This document shows positions 20,408 to 29,956 of a stretch of DNA of 64,000 nt, piece by piece. Source of the DNA: a virus (lineage: Duplodnaviria; Caudoviricetes); IMG/VR virus record IMGVR_UViG_3300033066_001054. The stretch is one strand, 5' to 3'. Below the pieces are notes generated by a model. That model ran no database searches and was not told the origin of the DNA. It saw only the letters and a program-made list of their open reading frames with translations. The position numbers and the translations under genes are program-made. The first letter of the stretch is position 1; each line of letters opens with the position of its first letter.

Positions 20408-20899
20408 ATGCCCAAATCTGAAACCACATATCGAGAGTCTGTTAACCTATACGCACTTGCGCGTCAATTGCAAGAACGGTATTACATGCATCTCGGGTAC
20501 ATCGACATGGATGCGATATATTTCGCTGACAAAATTGGAGATAAGCCTCAAAAGTCTCCGGTGATTGACGTAAGCGGAGTTCGAAGCCAGTGGGTGCGCC
20601 AAATTCTTAGCCACACATCAAACAACAAGCTGTACTGTATTGCGGCCTGGTTCACCGAATGGAGCGAACTGCCGTACAATCAGCAAGAGTGGTTGATGTT
20701 TGACACGCTGTATTCTATCGGTGTGGAAAATGACGGTAAGATGCGCGGCAAAGATGTATTTGAGCACGGAATCATTGCAGATTTTCTTGGCGTATATTGG
20801 CGCAAAGACCTCGAAGTTCCGTCATTGCTCAACTCTCCAGACCCGTTGCCGATTCCACCCCCTCCGTCACTCCACGAAGACGAAGGCAGCACTCTCTAA
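20408..20899 (+). CDS. phage metallopeptidase-like protein, probably inactive
   Basis: HLGYIDMDAIYF..YCI..WSELPYNQQEWLMF..DVFEH..G pattern, but DTLYS replaces HExxH. Confidence 0.5.
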   Translation: MPKSETTYRESVNLYALARQLQERYYMHLGYIDMDAIYFADKIGDKPQKSPVIDVSGVRSQWVRQILSHTSNNKLYCIAAWFTEWSELPYNQQEWLMFDTLYSIGVENDGKMRGKDVFEHGIIADFLGVYWRKDLEVPSLLNSPDPLPIPPPPSLHEDEGSTL

Positions 20900-20932
20900 T
20901 CAAGAAGACACAAATCGCTCAAGACATCGGGT

Positions 20933-22072
20933 ATGATATACACAGACCGGTGTCTTGAGTTTTTCAATATGTCTACCACATCACTTTACAACAAATACAG
21001 ACCGTATCAGTTCGGTCAAGTCAAGCAAGCCTTCGCGTCGCGCGTATTGCGCTCACAAGTACTGGCGGACAAGTATCCTAATGCATACTTGCTTCAGGGA
21101 CCCGCAGGTACTGGAAAAACCACCCTGGCCAGGATTATGGCGGCCGCGATGTTGTGCGACAACCGGAATAATGATGGTGAACCCTGCGGTGAATGTCAGT
21201 CATGCAAGCTCACTCGTGGCGGTAAGAACCGCGATGTCATGGAAGAGAACTGTGCAGACAATAGTGGTATTGATGACATTCGCTCAATTATTGACGAGCG
21301 TTTACGCATTGCGCCTTCGATTGGCAAGTACAGAATCTTCATCTTAGATGAGGTACAGCGACTGTCTCGGGACGCACAAGGCGCAATGCTTAAGCACCTA
21401 GAAGAACCTCCGGCATACGTCAAGTTCTTCTTATGCACAACAGACCCAGAAAAACTGCTACCTGCCTTACAAACTCGTTGTCAGCGACATGTGCTCAAGC
21501 CGGTCTCTGAGGATGACCTGGTTGATTTGCTCAAAGATGTGAGCGACCAAGAAGGGATTGTGTATGACAATGATGGCCTGCGCATGATTGCTGAATCGTC
21601 TCAGGGCAGTGCTAGACAGGCTTTAGTGTATCTAGAACACGCTGCGACCATTGAGTCTGCTACAACCGAAGCAGTAGGTCAGGTTCTCGGACGCGGGCCA
21701 GTTGGATTTTGCCGAGACCTGTTGAATCATGTGATTGATTGTGAAGATGTCGCTATTCTGCAAATGCTAGATGTAGTCAAGACAGAAGGTTTAGACCGCG
21801 TTGCAATTGCATCTGAGTGCTTGAGATTGTTAATGTCGGTGCAACGTGCCAAAACACTTGGTGAGTCGCTGGACAGTAACCCCATTCTTGAGCCACTGGC
21901 CCAGAAGTACAAAAAGGGCTCAATTAACGCCGTGGCTCAATACCTGGTCGAGTCTTTGACGCACATGCGCGGTGGTGGTGTTATTGATGACGCCGTGTTG
22001 CAGATGAACCTGTTGCGTGCGTCTGAGTTTGTGCGCGTTAAACGCGCTGAAGCCGCCACAAAGAACAAATAG
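20933..22072 (+). CDS. dnaX: DNA polymerase III gamma/tau clamp-loader subunit
   Basis: LYNKYRP, GPAGTGKTT, C..PCGECQSC, ILDEV, LEEPP, TRCQ; alternative start ATG 20969. Confidence 0.92.
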   Translation: MIYTDRCLEFFNMSTTSLYNKYRPYQFGQVKQAFASRVLRSQVLADKYPNAYLLQGPAGTGKTTLARIMAAAMLCDNRNNDGEPCGECQSCKLTRGGKNRDVMEENCADNSGIDDIRSIIDERLRIAPSIGKYRIFILDEVQRLSRDAQGAMLKHLEEPPAYVKFFLCTTDPEKLLPALQTRCQRHVLKPVSEDDLVDLLKDVSDQEGIVYDNDGLRMIAESSQGSARQALVYLEHAATIESATTEAVGQVLGRGPVGFCRDLLNHVIDCEDVAILQMLDVVKTEGLDRVAIASECLRLLMSVQRAKTLGESLDSNPILEPLAQKYKKGSINAVAQYLVESLTHMRGGGVIDDAVLQMNLLRASEFVRVKRAEAATKNK

Positions 22073-22089
22073 TCCCCCATAGATAGGAC

Positions 22090-22136
22090 GCAGGCACTCA
22101 TGTTGAGAAAAACTCATCATGAGTGCCTGCGATTTT
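22090..22136 (+). terminator. long stem-loop after dnaX
   Basis: GCAGGCACTCATG / CATGAGTGCCTGC 13-bp stem with inner TGAG/CTCA, then GATTTT. Confidence 0.6.
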
Positions 22137-22529
22137 ATGAGCGACCTGGGCAAATCATACAACGTTACTAAAGCATATGAGCAAACAGTTGTATGGATGA
22201 ATTCAGTTGAGATTAGCTTTCTTTATGGTCGAACACCCAATGTTGTTTACATTGACAGCATTGTGGCCAAACAGCCTGGTCAGAAAATGGGCACCATGGC
22301 AATCAAAGAACTCACATACTACGCAGACAAACACAACGTAGTGCTTTGGCTTGAGGTCAAACCAATTCCGCATATGTATGGCAATCGGCCGGCATTGACC
22401 GAAGACAAGCTGGTTGAAATATACAAGCGATTTGGCTTCCATCAGATTAGTTTCGGAAATCGAACCGAACTAGGCGGATTTATAGACATGCTCAGGCAAC
22501 CAAAATCCGCGAAAACCCCCAACTTTTGA
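22137..22529 (+). CDS. GNAT-fold acetyltransferase-like protein
   Basis: VYIDSI..QPGQKMGT (Q/RxxGxG-like), LVEIYKRFGF. Confidence 0.6.
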   Translation: MSDLGKSYNVTKAYEQTVVWMNSVEISFLYGRTPNVVYIDSIVAKQPGQKMGTMAIKELTYYADKHNVVLWLEVKPIPHMYGNRPALTEDKLVEIYKRFGFHQISFGNRTELGGFIDMLRQPKSAKTPNF

Positions 22530-22619
22530 AGTTTTGTGTACAAGTGTTATTACGCAGTAATGCGTATGGCCCGAAAAACACAGACGATGCCGCCTGCCCT
22601 GCGCAGCCGAAGATAAATA

Positions 22620-23321
22620 TTGACGACACTCCGGGCCAAGAGTGGGGTTTATTTGAATTACGACGAAACGCGTCTGATGTTATTGGTCAATAGAGCTCGT
22701 GGTGGCGACGAAAGTGCGTTCAACGAGTTGATGCGCATTTTTGAACCTGAATTGCGCATGATTGCACAGCGACTTTATATTGCTGGCTCGGATATCAATG
22801 ACGTATTGCAAGAAACATACATAGGACTTTGGCGTGCGGTAGTGGATTATCGAGACGACGCAGGAACGTCATTCCACAACTTCGCCATAAATGTTTGTTG
22901 CAAACGCAGGGTTTACACTGCTATTAAGGCGAGTAATGGCAAGAAGTTCAAAATTCACAATACGGCCGAAAGTCTTGACAGACCCATAGTCACAGATGAT
23001 GACGACGGTAGCCAGACATTAGCAGATTTCATTGTTGACCACAATCCGTCTCCGTTAGACATGATTATCAACAAGTCAGAGTACATGGATAATGTTTCAG
23101 AACTCCACTCCAAGATGACAAGCATGGAGCAAACCGTATTTGACAGCTTTACCAAAGACAACACCTACGAAGAGATTGGCAAAGAACTGGACATCAAGCC
23201 AAAAGCCGCAGACAATGCACTTATGCGCATCAGAAAGAAGGCCACCAAAATTTACACAGAGTACAATTCAGAAGAACCCAAGGCTACAAAAAAGCCGAGA
23301 CGAAAAAACAAGTCGAAATAG
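22620..23321 (+). CDS. RNA polymerase sigma factor, SigH-like (sigma70 family)
   Basis: YIAGSDINDVLQETYIGLWRAVVDY..SFHNFA..C.KRRVYTAIK..SLD; region 4 TYEEIGKEL..KAADNALMRIRKK. Confidence 0.88.
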   Translation: MTTLRAKSGVYLNYDETRLMLLVNRARGGDESAFNELMRIFEPELRMIAQRLYIAGSDINDVLQETYIGLWRAVVDYRDDAGTSFHNFAINVCCKRRVYTAIKASNGKKFKIHNTAESLDRPIVTDDDDGSQTLADFIVDHNPSPLDMIINKSEYMDNVSELHSKMTSMEQTVFDSFTKDNTYEEIGKELDIKPKAADNALMRIRKKATKIYTEYNSEEPKATKKPRRKNKSK

Positions 23322-23383
23322 CCACCCGAGATGCGATAATCCATATTGGATATCAGGTATATTGAATCTCGGAGAAATCATCA

Positions 23384-24535
23384 GTGAAGTTTTTCATTCA
23401 ACGTAGCATCGTTTTACCACTACTGGCCCAGGCACTTGAAACATGCAGTGCCGCAAGCAAACAACACTCTTACACCGACTTCCTTATTGAACTTGGCGAA
23501 GGAAAGTTGCGTGTAACCAGCATCAACAACTATGCACAGCAATCAATTGTTGTTGACGTCAAAAACATGGACGGAGATGCAACCGCGTCTTTCACTGTTA
23601 CTGGCAAGAATCTGGTCGACCTACTTCGACAGACACACGACGAAGAACTCGAGTGTACGTACAGCGAAAAGAAACACGCTCTGAAAATTGCCTCTACCAC
23701 ACGCAAAATGGAGTATGTGTTTGTAACTGGAAACCCAGAAGAGTTTCAACCAATCACATTTCAGCCCGGAAAGAAAACATTCTCTATACCAGGCGTTGTT
23801 CTTGCCCAAGCATTTGGGTACACATACCCATCAACTAACAAAGAGAGTTCACAACGACCATTTACAGCAGTCAAGCTCATTATCAACAGTGATAAGCTCG
23901 TTGCTGAGTCAACAGACCGTAACCGAATCGCTATCTATGATTGCGAAATCCAAGACACCGGGACAGAAAACTTTGAGGTTCTTATCCCCAGAGAGGTTGC
24001 AGAGTCGGTATCAAAGATTGTTTCGGGTATCGAGAGCGTAACCGTTCGTCCATGCAACCGACATGTAGTGTTTGAATGGGAAGACACCGAGTTCGTAACA
24101 TCACTTGAGACCGACGAACAAAATGAATTCATTTCACTGAAAGATTTCTTCGATAACCCAGTTGTCGCCTCGTGCCACATCAGTCGCGAAGACCTGATTC
24201 GCTCAATGAAGCTGGCCGCGCTATTAGACTCAGACGCTGAAATCTATGTTTCGTGTGGTCCCGACGGTCTTGAACTCAGGACTGTCGAGAACGAAATCGG
24301 AGCCGGCGTTGATACCTTGCCTGCCAAGGATATTGAGGGAGAGTCAATGTGCTGTCTACCGCTCAAACATCTGCAAAAGGCGGTAGAATCATGTGATGAA
24401 GCGTGGATTACCGTTCATTGGTCTCAGCTTGAGAATGGTGAAATTGGTTGTGGAATCGAAGATGGCAATGGTTCTTTGAGGTTCTACGTATTTCCTGTTA
24501 GAAGCAAGGATTATGAAGAAGAAATCGAAAACTGA
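23384..24535 (+). CDS. dnaN: DNA polymerase III beta sliding clamp
   Basis: About 380 aa, MKFFIQRS start, STDRNRIA (ATDGHRL-like), LIPR, C-terminal YVFPVR. Confidence 0.8.
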   Translation: MKFFIQRSIVLPLLAQALETCSAASKQHSYTDFLIELGEGKLRVTSINNYAQQSIVVDVKNMDGDATASFTVTGKNLVDLLRQTHDEELECTYSEKKHALKIASTTRKMEYVFVTGNPEEFQPITFQPGKKTFSIPGVVLAQAFGYTYPSTNKESSQRPFTAVKLIINSDKLVAESTDRNRIAIYDCEIQDTGTENFEVLIPREVAESVSKIVSGIESVTVRPCNRHVVFEWEDTEFVTSLETDEQNEFISLKDFFDNPVVASCHISREDLIRSMKLAALLDSDAEIYVSCGPDGLELRTVENEIGAGVDTLPAKDIEGESMCCLPLKHLQKAVESCDEAWITVHWSQLENGEIGCGIEDGNGSLRFYVFPVRSKDYEEEIEN

Positions 24536-25601
24536 TGCCATTGGCATATGGTCTAAAGTCTACGTTATTGAGGGCGAACCCACTGGGTGCGCCCTCGCTT
24601 TAGAAGAACTCAAAGACACTCTCAAAAGCAAAGTGGCGCGAGTGTCTGACGTGGACACACTTAAGTCTACTTGTCAGGCATTTCAGTTTGGCGGAACTGG
24701 CACTATTGTATTGGTACAATCTCCCAAGGCCGAAATGCTTGCGGCAATGCTGGACATTGCCAACTCGCCAGGTGCGCGGTGTACCGCATTGATAGCGTAC
24801 TATCCTGGCGCATATGCTGACCGTCGAACATCGTTCATCTCTGAAGCCAATAAACGAAATCGTACTTATGAATACGCATATCACATTGTTAATGAACCAG
24901 AAGAACTTCGCAAACAACTGACAGACTGGGAGTCTCGGTCTGGTGTTAAGATTGCTGTAAAGGCCAAGCCATGGCTTGTAGAACATGCACCGGTTAAGAA
25001 AGCAGACGTCAGAGGTCCAAAAGGCGCAAAAGAAGAGCTTGTATATGACATACCATCGCTAGAGTCAGACCTCAATAAGCTGGCAGCGCTGGCAACCGCA
25101 GAGGGCAGGGACATCTTGTCGGTTGATGACTTAGAGATGGGTATTTACACCGCATCAATAGATAGTCAATGGGATTATTGTGATGCCTTTATTCTAGGTA
25201 ACGAGGGTATCTTGAAGATGGAACTCCCAGAACAAAATTACGTTGGTGCCACAAGAATGCTTGCGTCACAGTGTCAATTTGCGGCTCAGGTAAAGGCGTA
25301 TGGAGATAGGGCGATTGACAATTCTGACGCCGTGGCAATGCACATTGGTGGTGCAGAAATGGCAGCAAAATATACTTTCCTTGGTGGAACAAGCGAAGGG
25401 TACAAGAAAGCACACCCATTTAGGGTCAAAATGGCCGCACGCAAGTTCAAAAATGTTTCGTTACAGCGCATAGTAAGTTTGATAGAATTGTGTGATGCCG
25501 CAACCAAAGACATGCTTAGTGGTCACGCCCACCAAACGGTATACAATATGATGATACTGGCATCGTTGAATCAAATGCAATACTGCAAGTTCGCCAAATA
25601 A
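24513..25601 (+). CDS. clamp-loader delta subunit (HolA)-like protein
   Basis: VYVIEGE start, ADRRT, LESDLNKLA, HPFRVK..L..CDAATK pattern; follows dnaN. Confidence 0.6.
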   Translation: MKKKSKTDAIGIWSKVYVIEGEPTGCALALEELKDTLKSKVARVSDVDTLKSTCQAFQFGGTGTIVLVQSPKAEMLAAMLDIANSPGARCTALIAYYPGAYADRRTSFISEANKRNRTYEYAYHIVNEPEELRKQLTDWESRSGVKIAVKAKPWLVEHAPVKKADVRGPKGAKEELVYDIPSLESDLNKLAALATAEGRDILSVDDLEMGIYTASIDSQWDYCDAFILGNEGILKMELPEQNYVGATRMLASQCQFAAQVKAYGDRAIDNSDAVAMHIGGAEMAAKYTFLGGTSEGYKKAHPFRVKMAARKFKNVSLQRIVSLIELCDAATKDMLSGHAHQTVYNMMILASLNQMQYCKFAK

Positions 25602-25625
25602 TGTATAAACTCACTGAGGCTTTCA

Positions 25626-26237
25626 GTGAGAACAAGGCACTACGAATACATAGACGAGTTGGTTGTACGCGCAAAAAATGGCGACGATAATGCCTTGTTG
25701 TTGATTATTGACTTCTATCAACCACTACTCAAAACATCAATCAAGTACTGCGTCTCAAGATATCCTGTTGCCGCATGCTATACCGAAGACATTGAGGCTG
25801 ACTTGTATCTCATCATGCGCGAATTAGTTAGGCAATATGATGCCGAACTGTCGTTCTTTTCGTATTTTCTGTCAACTCGTATTGACTTCGTTCTGCAAAC
25901 CCATGTGCGCAAAAGCTATCTCGACAGTAGTGTTGGAGGGAGAAGACCAAAGGAAATCTTCATTGAAGATATGCCAGAAGACTGGGAACCATTCGTAGAC
26001 CAAGACCCTGTTGGTAAAATCATTGCAAGTGCAGACCTTTCTTCTGCGCTTTTGAAACTCGAAGACAAGTATAGGACAGCAGTGCAGTTGTACTTTTTTG
26101 AGGGTATGAATCAACAACAAGCGGCCGATTATCTGTCCATAACACAGTCTTCGTTTTCCAAAAGGCTCAACAAGGCCATAGAGCAACTGAGAGATTTTAT
26201 GTCTGATTTCGAAAAAACCCTTATCACAAAGGAATAA
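25626..26237 (+). CDS. RNA polymerase sigma factor (sigma70 family)
   Basis: LVVRAKNGDDNA..YQPLL..EDI..YD..FFSYF; region 4 LEDKYRTAVQLYFFEGMNQQQAADYLSITQSSFSKRL. Confidence 0.85.
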   Translation: MRTRHYEYIDELVVRAKNGDDNALLLIIDFYQPLLKTSIKYCVSRYPVAACYTEDIEADLYLIMRELVRQYDAELSFFSYFLSTRIDFVLQTHVRKSYLDSSVGGRRPKEIFIEDMPEDWEPFVDQDPVGKIIASADLSSALLKLEDKYRTAVQLYFFEGMNQQQAADYLSITQSSFSKRLNKAIEQLRDFMSDFEKTLITKE

Positions 26238-26326
26238 TATCGGTCTCGGCATAATACTATAGAATTAGGCTTCTCATATGTGTCATTATCGGCACTGCTT
26301 AGTACGCGCGTGTATTAGGTCATTTT

Positions 26327-27070
26327 GTGATGGAGCCACACGAGGACAATACAGTGGCCACTCAGTCTGAAGAATTTCTTTACAATTGGAACAACCAACT
26401 AGCTTCGGGTACTCAGCGCGAGCGACAAACCCTATTGATACGCGAGGCACAATCATTACGAAAGGCAGGCTATGAGCAACGAGAAGCCCTTGATATGCTC
26501 TTGGCAGACCATCAAGATGTTGTCGCCGTCGAAGGTGCAATTGGATATGTATTTGCCGACGCAAAACCCGAAAATGTGAAAGAGGTGTCCGCAGAGGCGG
26601 TCGTACCAACTTCATACAAAGATATCGCGCCAATCATCGAAAACCGATTGGCAGAAATGGGCCCAGAAAAGTTCATTAGCGCATTGTGCGATGCTGCATA
26701 CCCAATCGTCCGTACTTCACAGCGCGGTCGAGAATCACTGGTTCGCCTGGCTGATTCGGCACTAAGCATGCGTCACGCAATGAGTTCGCTGCATGACACA
26801 CTGGCTCCTTATTTTGAGACCGCCATGCTTGACTCTGTCTTATTGGCAAACAAGCTGGAAACCCGAGTCGCTGAAAAGCAAACGGGTGTCTACGATTGTG
26901 AAACCAAGAAAGGTTCAGTAACAGTAGACATTCGACAAGCCTCTAGCACTAGCGACAGATTCGTAGGTGGAAATTTCTCTGAATTTGGATTAGCCTGCGA
27001 ATACATGGTCAAGGTAGCTGACCATATTTCTCCGCACGAAAGGCTGAGAAAAGCTGTAAATTCAAAGTAA
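26327..27070 (+). CDS. hypothetical protein
   Basis: 247-aa ORF at the start of the packaging region. Confidence 0.65.
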   Translation: MMEPHEDNTVATQSEEFLYNWNNQLASGTQRERQTLLIREAQSLRKAGYEQREALDMLLADHQDVVAVEGAIGYVFADAKPENVKEVSAEAVVPTSYKDIAPIIENRLAEMGPEKFISALCDAAYPIVRTSQRGRESLVRLADSALSMRHAMSSLHDTLAPYFETAMLDSVLLANKLETRVAEKQTGVYDCETKKGSVTVDIRQASSTSDRFVGGNFSEFGLACEYMVKVADHISPHERLRKAVNSK

Positions 27071-27100
27071 GCTGCTACCAGCTTACTTTACAAGTAACGT

Positions 27101-27808
27101 ATGGCCGAAAACAAAGACAAAAAGGTCGTTAGTTCAATAGTAGTACCGGGGATGCGAAAAGCATTTCGTGACTTGCCGGTCGAACAGCGAAAATATATTC
27201 AAGATTTGAAGGGAGACGAGCAACCCTTTCATCCTTTGCCGCCCGACCCATATGAGGGTGTCACCTATGTTACATTTCATGAACCCAAGTGTTCGATTTG
27301 CTCATCGCCGTACAAAACCCAGCTTGAACACGTGTTTCTCGCCAATGGCGAAAGTCCAAGTGCGGTTTCACAGTATTTCTGGCATTACTACGGCGTGATG
27401 GTTAACCCCGCTGCAATCAAGCAGCACATGAATAAGCACTGTGTGCTCAACGAGATAACCACCTCTGGTTTGGCACAGCTTCAGAAACGAGCCGAGGAAT
27501 TTGACTGGTGGCGCTTGCGTAGAAGCGAACTGGTAATTACAGGGTTATTGTCGCAGATTGACCGTATTGAAGGCATACGTACAAAGGGCAATCCGGACCT
27601 AGAACTGAAGAAATCAGCAGAAATGCGTGCGCTGCTTGCATCGTATTCAACAGCGCAAAAACAATTTGAAGAAGAAGCCAATGAGGTCATTAGTGTTCGC
27701 CATGTCTTAGCAGACATCATGAATCTATTGACTGATGAATCTAGTAAAGAAATCATTCGCAAATACGTAAATGACCTCAGAACCAAAATTAGAGGTGATA
27801 TGTCGTAA
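27101..27808 (+). CDS. putative terminase small subunit
   Basis: Directly upstream of TerL with TAATG overlap; CSIC..HMNKH Zn/HTH-like N-terminal half and coiled C-terminal half. Confidence 0.5.
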   Translation: MAENKDKKVVSSIVVPGMRKAFRDLPVEQRKYIQDLKGDEQPFHPLPPDPYEGVTYVTFHEPKCSICSSPYKTQLEHVFLANGESPSAVSQYFWHYYGVMVNPAAIKQHMNKHCVLNEITTSGLAQLQKRAEEFDWWRLRRSELVITGLLSQIDRIEGIRTKGNPDLELKKSAEMRALLASYSTAQKQFEEEANEVISVRHVLADIMNLLTDESSKEIIRKYVNDLRTKIRGDMS

Positions 27809-29916
27809 TGGCAAAAGACAAAAAACAAGACAGTTTACAGCAGAAAGAAGACTTGTTGCGAGAACTTACAGAGTTCAGCCAAGTTTTTAACACCGATGCT
27901 GAGATTGCAGAAGAAGAAACACTCTTTACGTTTACTTCTCAGGCGCGTAGTGAAACGCCGGCACCACCAGAGCCGGCCAAGTCCCCAAAAAACCCGTATG
28001 GGCTTCATGACATTATTACGTTCTGTGAGCATCCATATTTTCTTGGGCAGACCCTTACACCAATGCAGAAAATCATTCTGAAGGCATGGTGCATGGGTTC
28101 AGAGGGCAACCAGCACTTGCACCTAACCAATGAAATCACGTCTGATTGTTCTGGGTGTGCATGGGATTATGTTCGAGCCAAAGAAGAGGAGCTTTCAAAG
28201 ATTACACTGGGCGAAGGTGTTTACAAACTGCCGCCCGGCAAGGTTCCATCAGAGAACTCACCATGCTTGAGCTGTATTCGGTTTTGCGCTGTGGCACGCG
28301 CCAAGCGATTTGAGCAACTGAAATACGAGGCGATTAACGATTTTGAACTCGAGGACGTAAAACAACGAGAAGAGGCTGAACTGGTCGACCGGTTTGAAAG
28401 TGAAATGATGCTCCTTGAAAGAGAAGGCATTCCACAAAAGACCAGAGACCAAATTGTCAGAAAACTCGGTAGAACATTTACTGAAATGATTCTTGTTATG
28501 GGCCGACGAAGTGGTAAGAGCTATCTGGTTGCCATTCTGGCACTGTATGCCGTTTATCGCTTGATTAAAATGGAGCACCCACAAAAAGCCTACGGATTGA
28601 TGGACTTCGACATTATCACTGTTCTAAACGTCGCTAAGTCAGAAGACCAGGCCAAGGGTGCCGTATTTGAGAAAATCTTCTCACTGGTCCTTACGTCTCC
28701 GTTTTTCGGACCGTTTGTCGCCCACTACACGCAAACTACACTGCACTTTATGACACCAAGAGACTTGGAAGAGCACGAGCGCAGAAAGCGTCGTGGTATT
28801 ACCGAAAAGAAGGGAACCATACACCTGATATCGGGTCACTCTAACTCAAGTTCGCTTGTTGGTAAAACCGTTGTCGTTCTGATTATTGACGAGATGGCCG
28901 AAATGGCCGGCAAGAAGGGCGATGATGGCAAGGACAAGGAACTGTATGAAAAGCTCAAGAAATCGCTTGCTACATTTGGCTCAGATGGCAAAACCATTCT
29001 ACTGTCCAACCCTCTGTATGAAACCGGTGAGTTCTATCGTTTGTATGAAACATCTTTCTCTCGAGACCACGTTTTGATGTTTCAGGTACCGACAGAGATA
29101 TGCAACCCGACTGTTGAAAAGTCTTATCTTGAACAAGAACGCAAGGACAGCCCGGAATCATACTCAATGCACTTCGAGGCACAGTTCGCATCAAGTAGTA
29201 AAGACCCGTTCTTACCACCAGATGTTGTCGCCGCTTCATTCTTTAGGCTCGATAACATAGGTCGTACAGAAATAGGTAAACCTGGTGTGAGTTATTTTGC
29301 ACATCTTGACCCGGCATATAACTCAGATATGTATGTTCTGGCGCTAGTACACGCAGAACCAATGAAGGATGAGAAAGACAAAGACGGTCGACCACTTATG
29401 GAGGTTATAGTAGACCATATTCATATTTGGCGGCCAAAAGATAAACATAACCCAATCAATCCAGAGACAGTAAATCAGTATGTTGTTGACCTTTCGAAGC
29501 GATTTAACATAGTTCAGGTTACATACGACCATTGGAATAGTGAGTCGTCTATTTGGGTACTTAAAAGCCACGGAATCAATGCCGATAAGCGTGTCTTCTC
29601 ACCAGGATACCAAGACATGATTTTCCAAAACCTCAAAGACTTAATGATGGGAGAGCGAATACACTTTTACGGCCTGGATACTTGGACACAAGATAAAGAA
29701 GGCGTTCTGTGCTTGCAAGAAATCACCGAAGCGAAAAAGCAATTCACCTATCTCGAAAAAGTCATTAAGCACAATCGACCGAAGATACAAGCCCCCTATG
29801 GAATCAACGATGACATTGTAGATGCTGTCAGCGCGGCCGCGTTTGAGTGCATTAACACCAAGCAATATAAGTCAATCGCGAGACCTCGCGGTGTTAGAAT
29901 GCCAAGAGCATTTTAA
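27808..29916 (+). CDS. terminase large subunit
   Basis: Walker A MGRRSGKS, Walker B LIIDEMA, motif C LLSNP, nuclease HLDPA..D, YDHWNS, DDIVDA. Confidence 0.93.
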   Translation: MAKDKKQDSLQQKEDLLRELTEFSQVFNTDAEIAEEETLFTFTSQARSETPAPPEPAKSPKNPYGLHDIITFCEHPYFLGQTLTPMQKIILKAWCMGSEGNQHLHLTNEITSDCSGCAWDYVRAKEEELSKITLGEGVYKLPPGKVPSENSPCLSCIRFCAVARAKRFEQLKYEAINDFELEDVKQREEAELVDRFESEMMLLEREGIPQKTRDQIVRKLGRTFTEMILVMGRRSGKSYLVAILALYAVYRLIKMEHPQKAYGLMDFDIITVLNVAKSEDQAKGAVFEKIFSLVLTSPFFGPFVAHYTQTTLHFMTPRDLEEHERRKRRGITEKKGTIHLISGHSNSSSLVGKTVVVLIIDEMAEMAGKKGDDGKDKELYEKLKKSLATFGSDGKTILLSNPLYETGEFYRLYETSFSRDHVLMFQVPTEICNPTVEKSYLEQERKDSPESYSMHFEAQFASSSKDPFLPPDVVAASFFRLDNIGRTEIGKPGVSYFAHLDPAYNSDMYVLALVHAEPMKDEKDKDGRPLMEVIVDHIHIWRPKDKHNPINPETVNQYVVDLSKRFNIVQVTYDHWNSESSIWVLKSHGINADKRVFSPGYQDMIFQNLKDLMMGERIHFYGLDTWTQDKEGVLCLQEITEAKKQFTYLEKVIKHNRPKIQAPYGINDDIVDAVSAAAFECINTKQYKSIARPRGVRMPRAF

Positions 29917-29918
29917 TC

Positions 29919-29945
29919 GTAGGTGCATCACAGTGTATTGCTTAA
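29919..29945 (+). promoter_or_regulatory. putative late promoter GTAGGT-N18-TAA
   Basis: Same motif and spacing recur upstream of several structural genes. Confidence 0.55.
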
Positions 29946-29956
29946 ATTAGACTCTG

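Noticed and set aside
6317-29916. Inteins in the DnaE, NrdJ or TerL insertions
   Set aside because: The insertions lack intein N-terminal blocks, C-terminal HN-[CST] and LAGLIDADG motifs
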